From contig CP070836.1 in the NCBI GenBank assembly GCA_020341795.1, positions 1,535,613 to 1,599,612 of the forward strand: a stretch of 64,000 nucleotides of DNA, given 5' to 3'. Below, piece by piece: positions 10,386-19,913 of this stretch (positions are counted from its first letter, which is position 1; each line of letters opens with the position of its first letter). Source of the stretch: Thermoplasmatales archaeon. GTDB lineage: Archaea; Thermoplasmatota; E2; DHVEG-1. The notes below the pieces were generated by a model. The model saw only the letters and a list, made by a program, of their open reading frames with translations, did no database searches and was not told the origin of the DNA. The translations under genes were made by a program, and so were the position numbers.

Positions 10386-10404
10386 ATAAATTTATTACAA
10401 TTAT

Positions 10405-11544
10405 TTATAGACCTAATTTTTTTGCTATTACAATTCTTTGAACTTCTGAGGTTCCTTCACCAATTTGGCAAAGTTTGATATCCCTATAAAATCGTTCAAC
10501 TGGATACTCACGTGTGTAACCATATCCTCCAAGGATTTGAATGGCTTTTACTGTTGCTTTCATTGCCATTTCAGATGCATAAAGTTTTGCCATAGCTGCT
10601 TCTTTACTGAATGGTTGACCATTATCTTCAAGATATGCTGCTCTATGTACTAGTAATCTTGCAGCTTCAATTTCTGTTGCCATATCTGAAATCATCCATT
10701 GTATAGCTTGAAATTTACCTATTGGACGTCCGAATTGTTGACGTTGTTTTGCGTATTCAAGACTTTCGTCTAATGCTCCTTGTGCAATTCCTACTGACAT
10801 GGCACCAACTGCTGTTCTACCACGATCTAGTGTATCCATGACACCATAGAATCCTTTATCTTTTTCTCCTAGTATGTTTTCTTTTGGTATTTTACAGTCC
10901 TCAAAGAATAACTGAGCAGTACGACTACCTCGTAATCCTAGTTTATCTTCAAGTTGACCTACCTTAAACCCTGGTGTATCTTTTTCAACTAAAAAAGCAC
11001 TTATTCCTTTATGGCCTTTGTTTTTATCAGTTTTAGCCATTACAATTGTTACTTCTGCTATATCTCCGCTTGTAATAAACTGTTTTGAACCATTAATTAC
11101 CCATTCCTTTCCATCGAGTTTGGCAGTAGTCTCCATAGCTGCTACATCTGACCCTGCATTTGGCTCTGTTATTGCTAGAGCTGCAAAAGCCTCACCGCTA
11201 CAAAGTTTCGGAAGATATTTTTTTCGCTGCTCTTCAGTTCCTGCTTCATATATATATCCATTTCCAAGAGTATTATGTGCTTCAACAGTTAAACCAGTTG
11301 ATCCACATATACGTGCAATCTCTTCAAGAGCAATCATATAACTAACTCGATTTATTCCTGCGCCACCGTATTTTTGTGGAACCGTCATCCCCATAAGACC
11401 CATTTGACCCATTTTTTTATAAACATCGAAGGGAAAATATTCTTCTTGGTCAATTTTAGAAGCTATTGGTTTAAGTTCTTTTTCGCAAAATTCTCTAATT
11501 GTCTTTTTAAAAAGCTTTTGCTCTTCTGTAAGACTGAAATCCAA
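10405..11544 (-). CDS. Acyl-CoA dehydrogenase (short/branched-chain type)
   Basis: [31 protein letters not shown] and IGEGTSE motifs; TTG start. Confidence 0.92.
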   Translation of the reverse strand: MDFSLTEEQKLFKKTIREFCEKELKPIASKIDQEEYFPFDVYKKMGQMGLMGMTVPQKYGGAGINRVSYMIALEEIARICGSTGLTVEAHNTLGNGYIYEAGTEEQRKKYLPKLCSGEAFAALAITEPNAGSDVAAMETTAKLDGKEWVINGSKQFITSGDIAEVTIVMAKTDKNKGHKGISAFLVEKDTPGFKVGQLEDKLGLRGSRTAQLFFEDCKIPKENILGEKDKGFYGVMDTLDRGRTAVGAMSVGIAQGALDESLEYAKQRQQFGRPIGKFQAIQWMISDMATEIEAARLLVHRAAYLEDNGQPFSKEAAMAKLYASEMAMKATVKAIQILGGYGYTREYPVERFYRDIKLCQIGEGTSEVQRIVIAKKLGL

Positions 11545-11607
11545 ACTCGATCACCACATCCTTGATAAATTAATCCTTCAAAAAACTTTAGGTAGAAACT
11601 TTGAATT

Positions 11608-12240
11608 TTATTTTAAAATTTTACCAGTTTCCATGTACCAAAGATATAGATCTAACTCTGCAAGAGTAAGATTTGTTTTATTTGAAATATTTACGAGTTT
11701 TTTTTCGATTTCAAGATACTTGTTTTTTGTAATTGTTTTTGGTTTTTGTATTATATTATAACTTACTAAAATATCAATAATATGAAAATCAATAATTGCA
11801 TAATCATAAAATCCAATGTTTCGTAAGAAATGACTTGCTTCTTTATATCCAAAACCTTTTATATTTGTAACCATCCAATCTCTTAAAGCTTTTTTATCAT
11901 GAAATTTTACAATATCAGTTAACAAATTTCTACATTTTTGTGATTCATAAATGTATTGAGCTCTTGTATTTGGAAATCTATGGCCATAATTTTTTAATTT
12001 TTTTGATAAATCTTGTTGCGAATCTGTAAAAAAACAATCTCCTATTTCATTTTGAATTTTAATACTTTTTTCAGCATTAAAATTTGCAGTTAACATACAA
12101 AAACACATTTCCTTAAATAAAGCATTATTAGATGTTAAATTAATATTTTTAAATTCCTTAATTCTATTATCTATAATTTTTTTAATATCACTATTTTTTA
12201 ATTTTTCAATTTTATTTATTAACTCTTCCATATTCTTCAT
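11608..12240 (-). CDS. ogg: 8-oxoguanine DNA glycosylase/AP lyase (archaeal Ogg2)
   Basis: FCMLTAN, GHRFPN, HhH KGFGYKEASHFLRN, IIDFH and C-terminal LDLYLW...GKILK. Confidence 0.9.
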   Translation of the reverse strand: MKNMEELINKIEKLKNSDIKKIIDNRIKEFKNINLTSNNALFKEMCFCMLTANFNAEKSIKIQNEIGDCFFTDSQQDLSKKLKNYGHRFPNTRAQYIYESQKCRNLLTDIVKFHDKKALRDWMVTNIKGFGYKEASHFLRNIGFYDYAIIDFHIIDILVSYNIIQKPKTITKNKYLEIEKKLVNISNKTNLTLAELDLYLWYMETGKILK

Positions 12241-12280
12241 CTATATCTATTTTAGATTTAATATATTATTATAATTCACT

Positions 12281-12485
12281 AAAAAAAGGTTGGTAGGGGT
12301 GGGGAAAGTTGGAGTTGGTCATAAAAAAGATTTTTGAGGAGAGGAGGAAAGGATGGGATGTTATTAAAATAATGATCCTCCAACATTTCTCACCCCTGTG
12401 TGATTTAATTCTAATCTAATTAGTTTTCAATACCACCTCAATTCTTTAAATTTAAACTAATTTTACCCCAATAAACCTCTAATTA
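12281..12485 (-). ncRNA. Putative ~200-nt structured sRNA with a C/U-rich (anti-SD-like) loop
   Basis: ~27-bp imperfect stem (12294-12322 with 12372-12398), T7 tract at the minus-strand 3' end, BRE/TATA at 12508-12521, no ORF; strand not certain. Confidence 0.5.
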
Positions 12486-12497
12486 ACATGTGTTAAT
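12482..12497. promoter_or_regulatory. Palindromic operator ATTAACA-N2-TGTTAAT
   Basis: Perfect 7-bp arms just downstream of the minus-strand TATA; a second copy ATAAACA-AT-CGTTAAT lies at 12618-12633 before the regulator gene. Confidence 0.55.
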
Positions 12498-12647
12498 GTT
12501 TGTTGGGTATTTAAAGGTTTTGGTTCAATTTGTATCTAAAAATATAGAAAAAAATATAATCTCATCTCGTAAGTTTCTCCTGGAAAATCCTCTTTTGCAA
12601 CATATGTAACATAAGCGATAAACAATCGTTAATTATAAGTATTCTGA

Positions 12648-12992
12648 ATGATATTCACTCTCATGCAACGCACTACCTGTGAATACATGATGTGGAATGG
12701 TTTACCTGTAATAAGAAAAGAAATCGCTGAAAGCATGATTAATGACTATGGATTAACCCAGAAGGAAACCGCTGAAAAACTTGGAATAACACCAGCTGCA
12801 GTCTGCCAATATGTTTCAAAAAAAAGAGGAAGATTTGAAATTGCAGATAAGACTATAATAAAAGAAATAAAAATCTCTGCACAAAATATTATTGAAAAAG
12901 GAAATGGTCTCGTAATAAATGAAACTTGCAGGATATGTAAGCTATTAAGAGCAAGCAATGAATTTGGCATGTTTTGTCCGGGATGCGACTAA
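12648..12992 (+). CDS. Archaeal HTH transcriptional regulator (COG2522-like) with Cys-rich C-terminus
   Basis: TCE...LPVIRKEIA, HTH GLTQKETAEKLGITPAAVCQYVSKKRG, CRIC and FCPGC. Confidence 0.85.
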   Translation: MIFTLMQRTTCEYMMWNGLPVIRKEIAESMINDYGLTQKETAEKLGITPAAVCQYVSKKRGRFEIADKTIIKEIKISAQNIIEKGNGLVINETCRICKLLRASNEFGMFCPGCD

Positions 12993-13017
12993 AAATATGA
13001 TATAAACAGGTTAAAAC

Positions 13018-13929
13018 TCAGATGCTATTCTTTATAGCAGTGTAAACTTCTATCATAAATACTGGTTTATATGATAGTTTAGCTTTTCTAAGCCCGGATA
13101 CACCCATATCAGATTCTCTATTTATATATTTAAAATCTTTTTGAAGAATCTTAGCTGTCTCTTGATTTATAGCTTTATATATACCATCATAATCAGGAGA
13201 TCCTTTTTCATAATGAACAATAGCTGTATCATTACTCATTTTTTCAAATACAGATATTGCTTCGATATCGCCGTTTACAATCATTGATAATCCTGAAAGT
13301 TTTAAATCAAAGAAATTTTCCATTGAATATAATATAGCTTTTTTTTCATTTTCTAATAAAGGGTCTTTATCACAATCTTTCCAAAGGCACCATCTTTTTA
13401 GAAATTCTCTAATATCTTTCATGTTGTCCTCAGTTATTGATTCCACCGAGTACTCATTGTTTTTTTTAAATTTATTTAATCGGTTTCTTATTTTACTATA
13501 ATTAGATCCAGCTAACTCAGCTAAATCTGTTGAATTGTATACATAATCAAAATAATCTCTCGTAGGAATTAATTCTAAATTCGGATAATTATTTTCTAAC
13601 CAGTTTTTAGTATTTTTATCAATTACACCAAATGGATATTCTGACTCTTGTTGTTTTGCAAGTTTTAAAACTTCATCAAATATATTTTTATTTTTATCAC
13701 CTATTGGAGATTTTATTTGTATTTTATTATTAATTTTGCTTGCAACAATTAAATTATTATTATTTATCATGTAACAAAATTTAGCGTAATCCATCCAACT
13801 AACAAGTGTAGTAAAAACATAGTCACTATGTACGGGTGGGTACTTTTTGTAATATTTATCAAAAATTGGTTTATCTTCAATTTTAATAGGTTTGAAATCC
13901 TCAATTAAAAGCATTTTATTCATCACCAT
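13018..13929 (-). CDS. DUF2156 / aminoacyl-tRNA transferase (MprF C-terminal-like) domain protein
   Basis: DYFDYVY...LAG..YSKIRN, VHYEKG, INRESDMG.SGLRKAKLSYKP. Confidence 0.8.
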   Translation of the reverse strand: MVMNKMLLIEDFKPIKIEDKPIFDKYYKKYPPVHSDYVFTTLVSWMDYAKFCYMINNNNLIVASKINNKIQIKSPIGDKNKNIFDEVLKLAKQQESEYPFGVIDKNTKNWLENNYPNLELIPTRDYFDYVYNSTDLAELAGSNYSKIRNRLNKFKKNNEYSVESITEDNMKDIREFLKRWCLWKDCDKDPLLENEKKAILYSMENFFDLKLSGLSMIVNGDIEAISVFEKMSNDTAIVHYEKGSPDYDGIYKAINQETAKILQKDFKYINRESDMGVSGLRKAKLSYKPVFMIEVYTAIKNSI

Positions 13930-14341
13930 GATATTTCATTGGGACATATTTTTCCATTGTTTTGAAACCAATGTTTTTATAAAAGGTATCTTGATCTGGT
14001 TCAGCTATTAAAGCAATCCAATATATTTTTTTTAATTTACAATATCCAATTAATTTTTTAACTAATTTTTTTCCAATTCCTTTTTTTCTGTATTCTGGCA
14101 ATATGATTAAATCTTGTATATATGCATCAGATATTCCATCAGATAATATTCGTCCCATTCCTATTGTTTTATTATTTTTGTTATCAATTACTACTGCAAA
14201 TGCAAAACTTCCCTGGATTAAGGATTTTAATGCTGATTTATCATAGTGTTCTTTCCACCAACCACCTGCTTTATAAAGTTTTACAATATCATCTTCAGAC
14301 CAGTTTTTAACAAATTTTATTTCAATATTTTTATCTATCAT
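13916..14341 (-). CDS. GNAT family N-acetyltransferase
   Basis: GMGRILSDG..DAYIQD, PEYRKKGIG, FYKNIGF. Confidence 0.88.
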   Translation of the reverse strand: MIDKNIEIKFVKNWSEDDIVKLYKAGGWWKEHYDKSALKSLIQGSFAFAVVIDNKNNKTIGMGRILSDGISDAYIQDLIILPEYRKKGIGKKLVKKLIGYCKLKKIYWIALIAEPDQDTFYKNIGFKTMEKYVPMKYHGDE

Positions 14342-14467
14342 GTTTCTCCATTTTTTATATTGTAAATTAAGCTGATAATATAATAGTATTTTGAAAAAAA
14401 ATTATCTCAAAAGTAATTATTAAAAAATATTAGTTTATTCTCATTTTATTTAGGAGATAGTAAAATA

Positions 14468-14908
14468 ATGAATAATGATATTAGTATTCTAAAATTAATG
14501 ATAAAAGACCACAGTAAGCTTGTAAACTTAATAAATAACCTAGAAGAGAAATCAAAGGAAAATTTTAAATCAATGAAAGATGCATTTAAAAAATTTGAAT
14601 GGGAGTTAGAAAAACATATATTCATTGAGGAAAAAGCAATTTTTACAGATTATAATCCAGAAGATATTACTGAAGGATATAAAATGCTTCCCGAACTTAC
14701 AAAACAGCATAATTATATTATTAACACCTTAAACAATTGGCGTGATGATGTTCAAAAAGGACGTATTATTACTGATGTTAACAGTTTTAAAGAATTTCTT
14801 ATTAATCATCGTAGTTTTGAAGAAGAAAAAGTGTATCCACAGTTAGATGAATCTCTACAAGATGAGAAAAAAAAGCATATTATTAACAAGATTAATGAGA
14901 TAATTTAG
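14468..14908 (+). CDS. Hemerythrin-domain protein
   Basis: DH, HIFIEE, QH and HRSFEE..VYP iron-ligand pattern. Confidence 0.8.
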   Translation: MNNDISILKLMIKDHSKLVNLINNLEEKSKENFKSMKDAFKKFEWELEKHIFIEEKAIFTDYNPEDITEGYKMLPELTKQHNYIINTLNNWRDDVQKGRIITDVNSFKEFLINHRSFEEEKVYPQLDESLQDEKKKHIINKINEII

Positions 14909-14917
14909 GTGATTACT

Positions 14918-15103
14918 ATGAAAGTAGCTTATAGGTGTGAAAAATGTGGAAAAGACATTATCATTACAGATGGAGAAATTCCTATTTGTTGTAATGAACC
15001 AATGAGAGAAATACCATTAGATGTTTGTACTCAACCAGCTCATGCTGAGCATACAAGACCTATGAAAGATGAAGAACCTTGTGATAATGGACGATCTGGA
15101 TAA
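14918..15103 (+). CDS. Small desulforedoxin-like metal-binding protein
   Basis: YRCEKCG...CCNEPM motif plus AEH..PCDNGR tail; ATG 5 nt after AGGTGA. Confidence 0.7.
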   Translation: MKVAYRCEKCGKDIIITDGEIPICCNEPMREIPLDVCTQPAHAEHTRPMKDEEPCDNGRSG

Positions 15104-15117
15104 TTCTGGTTATTTTT

Positions 15118-15459
15118 TTATTTTTTAATAGGTCTTCGTTCAGGTATAGGTTTTGCTTGTTTTTTTCCGTCTTTTATTTCCTGAGAAACATAGAGTGCAC
15201 AATAACATGTTCCATATTCTTTTACATCAGGATCTCTATATATACATGGACATATTATATCTGAATCTTTATCTCTATTACCTGTTGCTAGTCTACAAGG
15301 ACATGCCCAATAACCATATCTTTTTTGATTTATTAAAAGGCTTTTTATAAGATCTTTTGTAAAAATATCATCTGGATTCAGAAAATAACCATTTGATTCA
15401 GCATATTTATTTAATCTAGTAAAGACTTTATCAATTGTTTCACTATTTATATTATTCAT
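15118..15459 (-). CDS. Ferredoxin:thioredoxin reductase catalytic subunit-like
   Basis: CPC, CPC and CYC motifs ([21 protein letters not shown]). Confidence 0.9.
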   Translation of the reverse strand: MNNINSETIDKVFTRLNKYAESNGYFLNPDDIFTKDLIKSLLINQKRYGYWACPCRLATGNRDKDSDIICPCIYRDPDVKEYGTCYCALYVSQEIKDGKKQAKPIPERRPIKK

Positions 15460-15740
15460 AAACCTAGAGCTCCACGTATTTCATCTTCCTTAAAACCAAT
15501 GATGCATTTTTCATCATCAACAATAATAGTGGGAAAACTAATACGAGGATTACATTTTTTTACGTCTTTAATTATATCATCCTTATCATCTTCTTCAAGT
15601 AGATCTACAAATATATAACTATATTCTACCCCAAGATCTTCTAATAATTGCTTAGTTTTACGACACCATCCACAAGTACTAAGCGCATAAAGTAATATTT
15701 TACCTTTATTTTCACCATCAACATGTTCAATTTTAATCAT
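15456..15740 (-). CDS. Glutaredoxin/NrdH-like redoxin
   Basis: [16 protein letters not shown]; coupled to the FTR gene. Confidence 0.88.
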   Translation of the reverse strand: MIKIEHVDGENKGKILLYALSTCGWCRKTKQLLEDLGVEYSYIFVDLLEEDDKDDIIKDVKKCNPRISFPTIIVDDEKCIIGFKEDEIRGALGL

Positions 15741-15742
15741 TT

Positions 15743-16303
15743 TTATTTCTCCTTAAATTTGTTATAATAAATAAAATCATCAATAGATAATCTTTTAGGT
15801 CTTTTTTTCTCATTTTGAATTTGTTTTTCTGATAAAACAGGGTTAATCTCAACTGATTTTTTTCCAACAATAATTAGAGTTATAACATCAAAATCATCAG
15901 GAATTCCAAGTAGTTCACGGGTTTTTCTAGGGCTATAACCTGCAATAGGATGAGCAACAAGATCTAACTCTGTAGCACGAAGAATCATAGCACTAACCGC
16001 CATTCCAATATCAAATCGGTAATAAATCCGATCATGAATCACACAGTCATCTTCTTGCTTACCTAAAACAACTATAATCATTGATGCTTTGTAAGCCCAT
16101 TCATTTCCTGAAGTTAAAACATTATGCATTTTCTCAAGCATCTTAGAATCATAAACAAAAATAAAACGCCAAGGTTGATTGTTAAAACATGAAGCTGTTA
16201 TTTGAGCGCATTCTGCAAAATCTTTAATTATTTCTTTTGTTATTTCAACTGGTTCAAGAGATCTATATGCTCTTCTTTTTTTAATTGCGTCTTTTACTTC
16301 CAT
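15743..16303 (-). CDS. Nitroreductase family protein
   Basis: AIKKRRAYR, SCFNNQPWRF, DIGMA. Confidence 0.88.
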   Translation of the reverse strand: MEVKDAIKKRRAYRSLEPVEITKEIIKDFAECAQITASCFNNQPWRFIFVYDSKMLEKMHNVLTSGNEWAYKASMIIVVLGKQEDDCVIHDRIYYRFDIGMAVSAMILRATELDLVAHPIAGYSPRKTRELLGIPDDFDVITLIIVGKKSVEINPVLSEKQIQNEKKRPKRLSIDDFIYYNKFKEK

Positions 16304-16701
16304 TATGCATAACCTGTCATATCAGGTGCAATCCAAGTTGTATTTTCAGCACATTTCTCTCCATGTTCAAGGTTTTTTTCAACTGCTTTTTTTAACAGAG
16401 CAGGGTAAACAGCACCAGTCATTTCATGAACAGGTTTTCCTTTACAGAAAAATTTGAATGTAGGTGTACCCATAACACCATAACGGCTTGGGATTGCGGG
16501 ATTTTTCATGATATTAACACGTGCGAATATAATTTTATCTTTAAAATCACCTGCATATTCGTAAAAATATGGTTCCATCTGTTTACAAAAAGTACATGTA
16601 TCACTATAAAACATAACAACAACAGGTTTTTGTCCTTTTTCAACTGTTGATTCCCATGTAGTATCATCTAATTGAATTACATTTTCCTCACTCATTTTCA
16701 A
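16303..16701 (-). CDS. Thioredoxin family protein
   Basis: FYSDTCTFC CxxC motif, YGVMGTPTF cis-Pro motif. Confidence 0.88.
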   Translation of the reverse strand: MKMSEENVIQLDDTTWESTVEKGQKPVVVMFYSDTCTFCKQMEPYFYEYAGDFKDKIIFARVNIMKNPAIPSRYGVMGTPTFKFFCKGKPVHEMTGAVYPALLKKAVEKNLEHGEKCAENTTWIAPDMTGYA

Positions 16702-16717
16702 TACCTCAAGATGTTAT

Positions 16718-17212
16718 TTATGGTTGAGTTATTTCTTTTTCATATAATTTTTTTAATTGAGTTAGAATTTCTCTAATATCAGGAAGTTCACCTATCTCAT
16801 ATACTTTTATAAAGTCAATTATTCCTTCTTTATTAATAATTATGTTTGCTCTTTCAGAAAATCCTTCCTCATTTCGAAAAATACAATATAGTTTTGCTAT
16901 ATCTCCATGAGGCCAGAAATCGGATAAAAGTCGTGTTGCTTTTATATCTATAAAATCTGCCCATGCTTTTTTTGAAGGAATTGAATCGGCGTTAATACCA
17001 ACTGAAATTGAATTTAATTCTTTGAAATCATTCCAATGTCTTTCAAGTGATTGCATTTGCTGAGCACAAACTGAGGTCCATGCAAATGGATGAAATGAAA
17101 GAATAACATTTTTACCTTTAAAATCAGCCAATCTAAATTCTTTTTTATATTGGTCAAATAAAACAAAATCAGGTGCTTTGTCTCCAACTGTGATATTTAT
17201 TTTTCCCTCCAT
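16718..17212 (-). CDS. Peroxiredoxin (AhpE/BCP-like, 1-Cys)
   Basis: GDKAPDF, PFAWTSVC, LLSDFWPHG, SERA. Confidence 0.88.
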   Translation of the reverse strand: MEGKINITVGDKAPDFVLFDQYKKEFRLADFKGKNVILSFHPFAWTSVCAQQMQSLERHWNDFKELNSISVGINADSIPSKKAWADFIDIKATRLLSDFWPHGDIAKLYCIFRNEEGFSERANIIINKEGIIDFIKVYEIGELPDIREILTQLKKLYEKEITQP

Positions 17213-17220
17213 AAAAATTT

Positions 17221-18726
17221 TTACCCCCATAAATGTTTATGTCTTTTAATAAATAATTGAAAAAATAAATTATTACGAAAATCTGTTATTTTACTTTTTG
17301 ATACTTGAATATTTAAAGGATTTGACCATTGAGAAAACTCCATACGAATTACAAAGTGATAAACACTTGTAAAACCATTCTCATCTTCAGATATAACCTT
17401 TACTAAATATCCTCCATACTCATCCCAAGAATGAGAGGCATATATTTTTTCCCCTGATTCATAATAATCTGTCCACTCAACAGGTGAACCATCTCCCCAA
17501 TCCCATCCATATCGGATCATATCATCATCCCTATCATCTGAGACCGTTGAATAAGTATATTCTTCACCTCGTTTACAATTAGTTTCACCAGATGGTTTCG
17601 TTGGAACACTAGGGCTATATTGAATATTTGTTGCATATTTTAAGGAAAGATTATAATTATCTGCATAACTGATATGTACAAAACCATCCAAGTCAACATC
17701 AATAGAAGCATATCCACCAACCATACCAGTTATTCCCCATCCATCAACTACATCAATATTCCAAATATCATTTTCTTTCCATACATAATTTATACTATGC
17801 TGCCCCCAATCATAATAGCAAATATGTAATCTACCAAATCTATCAAATGTGATGTCTGTCCCGCTTGATAAAAATACTCCCCAGAGCCATGGATCAATTG
17901 TTTCAACAATCCATCTATTATTAGTTTTACCAGCATATTTAATTAAAAATTCCTCCGCACCTGTATCATAATAGCTAATATGTGGATTATCGTTTAAATC
18001 AAGTGCAATTTCTGTTGCTCCAAAAACATTACAATCTGAATCAACAAGTTCAAATATCCAGTTATCGCCATTTTTATATGTATACCATAGACCTCTATCT
18101 TCATAATTTGTATAGCTAATATGAGGATTATCATTTTTATCAATAAATATAGAGGAAAACTCGCCTGTATCTCCATCTGATTCTACAACTTCGATAATCC
18201 ATGTATTTCCATTCCATCTTGCATATTTTAAATCATCATTTGTATCATCATGATAACTTATATGAGGATATCCATTTGAATCAAGATTAAGACTAGTGTA
18301 TTCACCAACATCAAATTCTCCATCAATAACTTTAAATATCCAATTATTTCCATTCCAGTAAGTATATTTTAAATCCTTATTTGTCTCATCATAATAACTT
18401 ATATGCGGGTTACCAGCGTTATCAGCATCTATAGAAGAATGTAATCCTACGTCTCCTTCGTAGTCTAATACTTCAATGCTCCATTCGTTATTTTCATAAC
18501 TTAAGAATTTTAAATCTTTCTTGCTCAGCTCATAATAACATATTAAAACAATATTTTCATCTGTTACAACAATATCACTATATTGTCCAACCTCTCCAAA
18601 ATTATCAAGAGTTTTTACAATCCATTTTTCATTATTGCTTACTATATTGGTTAAAGAATAACTATTAACAGAAGTAAAAAGACCAATTACCAATATTAAA
18701 AATACAAGAATTATTTTTATCTTCAT
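17221..18726 (-). CDS. Secreted beta-propeller-repeat protein with C-terminal PKD-like domain
   Basis: Signal peptide; repeated G.YTSL.LD.NG.PHISY.D....LKY motifs; YGWDWGDG PKD motif. Confidence 0.75.
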   Translation of the reverse strand: MKIKIILVFLILVIGLFTSVNSYSLTNIVSNNEKWIVKTLDNFGEVGQYSDIVVTDENIVLICYYELSKKDLKFLSYENNEWSIEVLDYEGDVGLHSSIDADNAGNPHISYYDETNKDLKYTYWNGNNWIFKVIDGEFDVGEYTSLNLDSNGYPHISYHDDTNDDLKYARWNGNTWIIEVVESDGDTGEFSSIFIDKNDNPHISYTNYEDRGLWYTYKNGDNWIFELVDSDCNVFGATEIALDLNDNPHISYYDTGAEEFLIKYAGKTNNRWIVETIDPWLWGVFLSSGTDITFDRFGRLHICYYDWGQHSINYVWKENDIWNIDVVDGWGITGMVGGYASIDVDLDGFVHISYADNYNLSLKYATNIQYSPSVPTKPSGETNCKRGEEYTYSTVSDDRDDDMIRYGWDWGDGSPVEWTDYYESGEKIYASHSWDEYGGYLVKVISEDENGFTSVYHFVIRMEFSQWSNPLNIQVSKSKITDFRNNLFFQLFIKRHKHLWG

Positions 18727-19913
18727 TTATATAACCAATTAAATAGAAGACGTTTCCATATATTAAAATTTTTTATAATTTGGTCATTAAACAAATTTTC
18801 TATATATTGCTGAATTTTTATGTTTTTAGAAGTGCTTACAGTTAAAGGATCAGACCAGAAACTTTCGAAACCATTTTCATCTATTGCTTTAACCATTATT
18901 TTAAAAGTTCCTTTATCCTCCCATAAATGATTTATTTCTATTTTTTCACTAGATTTATAATAATCAGTCCATTCATCTGGTTTATAATCACCATTCCAAT
19001 CCCAAACATATTTTATCATGTCACCATCGTAATCTGAGGATGATGTTGTATATTCATATTCTGAATCTAATTGAATTTTTGTTTTACCCTCTGGTTTTGC
19101 TGGTTTATATGGCTGTTCACCAGATGACAATCTTGCTGCTACTGTACAATCAGCAAATCCAGTATCTTTTGAATAAACTGATGCAACTACTAAATAGTTA
19201 GGCGCATTAAAACTATAACAACCTGGTACAACTGGATGATACAATAATTGATCTTTATAATATCCAAGCGGAGATGTATCGATAGATAAATTTATATCTG
19301 CAGCAAAATCTTCAAAAACAAAATCATAAGGTCTACCAGCTGGATTTTCACAATCAGTAACTATTCTAGCAAAATATATAAGTAAACGTCCTTCGTATTC
19401 AAAATTTCCTAAGTTTAAAACATCAATATTTATAACAATTTCAGGATAACAGGGAGAAGAACTCCAGATACAATCAAGATATATCTCAATATCATGTTTA
19501 TCTCTAGAGTTACTTAAAGATACTGCATTTTCATATATATCTCGATTTTGAAATCCCTGATCAATATTTACAAAACCGCCATCAAAAGTTAAAGTAGGAT
19601 AGTTTGATACATCCATTTCTTGTGCTCTGATTTGAACCTTTTCACTTAATTCATCAATCATTGTGATATAATAAAAATCAGATTCTTCAAGCTGGGAATA
19701 TGGATAAACTTCAGAGTAAAATCGATATAGTTGTTCTGATACAATTGATGAATCAGAGTTTTCGAAATTGGTAAAAAATTCAACAATAACCGCTGAATTT
19801 TTTAATTTTGAAAACTCAATTTTTTCTCCAGAGATATTAATTGGAGATATTAGCATAATACTTATATAAAAAAGTATTATTGCTAATTTTAATTTTATCA
19901 TATTTATACCCAT
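18723..19913 (-). CDS. Secreted protein with degenerate thioredoxin/Omp28-like domain and C-terminal PKD-like domain
   Basis: Signal peptide; VIVEFFT...YPTLTFDG thioredoxin-fold pattern without CxxC; YVWDWNGD PKD motif. Confidence 0.65.
   Translation of the reverse strand: MGINMIKLKLAIILFYISIMLISPINISGEKIEFSKLKNSAVIVEFFTNFENSDSSIVSEQLYRFYSEVYPYSQLEESDFYYITMIDELSEKVQIRAQEMDVSNYPTLTFDGGFVNIDQGFQNRDIYENAVSLSNSRDKHDIEIYLDCIWSSSPCYPEIVINIDVLNLGNFEYEGRLLIYFARIVTDCENPAGRPYDFVFEDFAADINLSIDTSPLGYYKDQLLYHPVVPGCYSFNAPNYLVVASVYSKDTGFADCTVAARLSSGEQPYKPAKPEGKTKIQLDSEYEYTTSSSDYDGDMIKYVWDWNGDYKPDEWTDYYKSSEKIEINHLWEDKGTFKIMVKAIDENGFESFWSDPLTVSTSKNIKIQQYIENLFNDQIIKNFNIWKRLLFNWLYK

Noticed and set aside
12289-12360. 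G-quadruplex or tRNA interpretation of the G-rich tract
   Set aside because: Too few closely spaced G3+ runs and no cloverleaf/T-loop; the G-runs are explained by a complementary arm
12421-12440. SD-led mini-ORF TTG AAA ACT AAT TAG on the minus strand
   Set aside because: Only four codons; cannot be distinguished from chance
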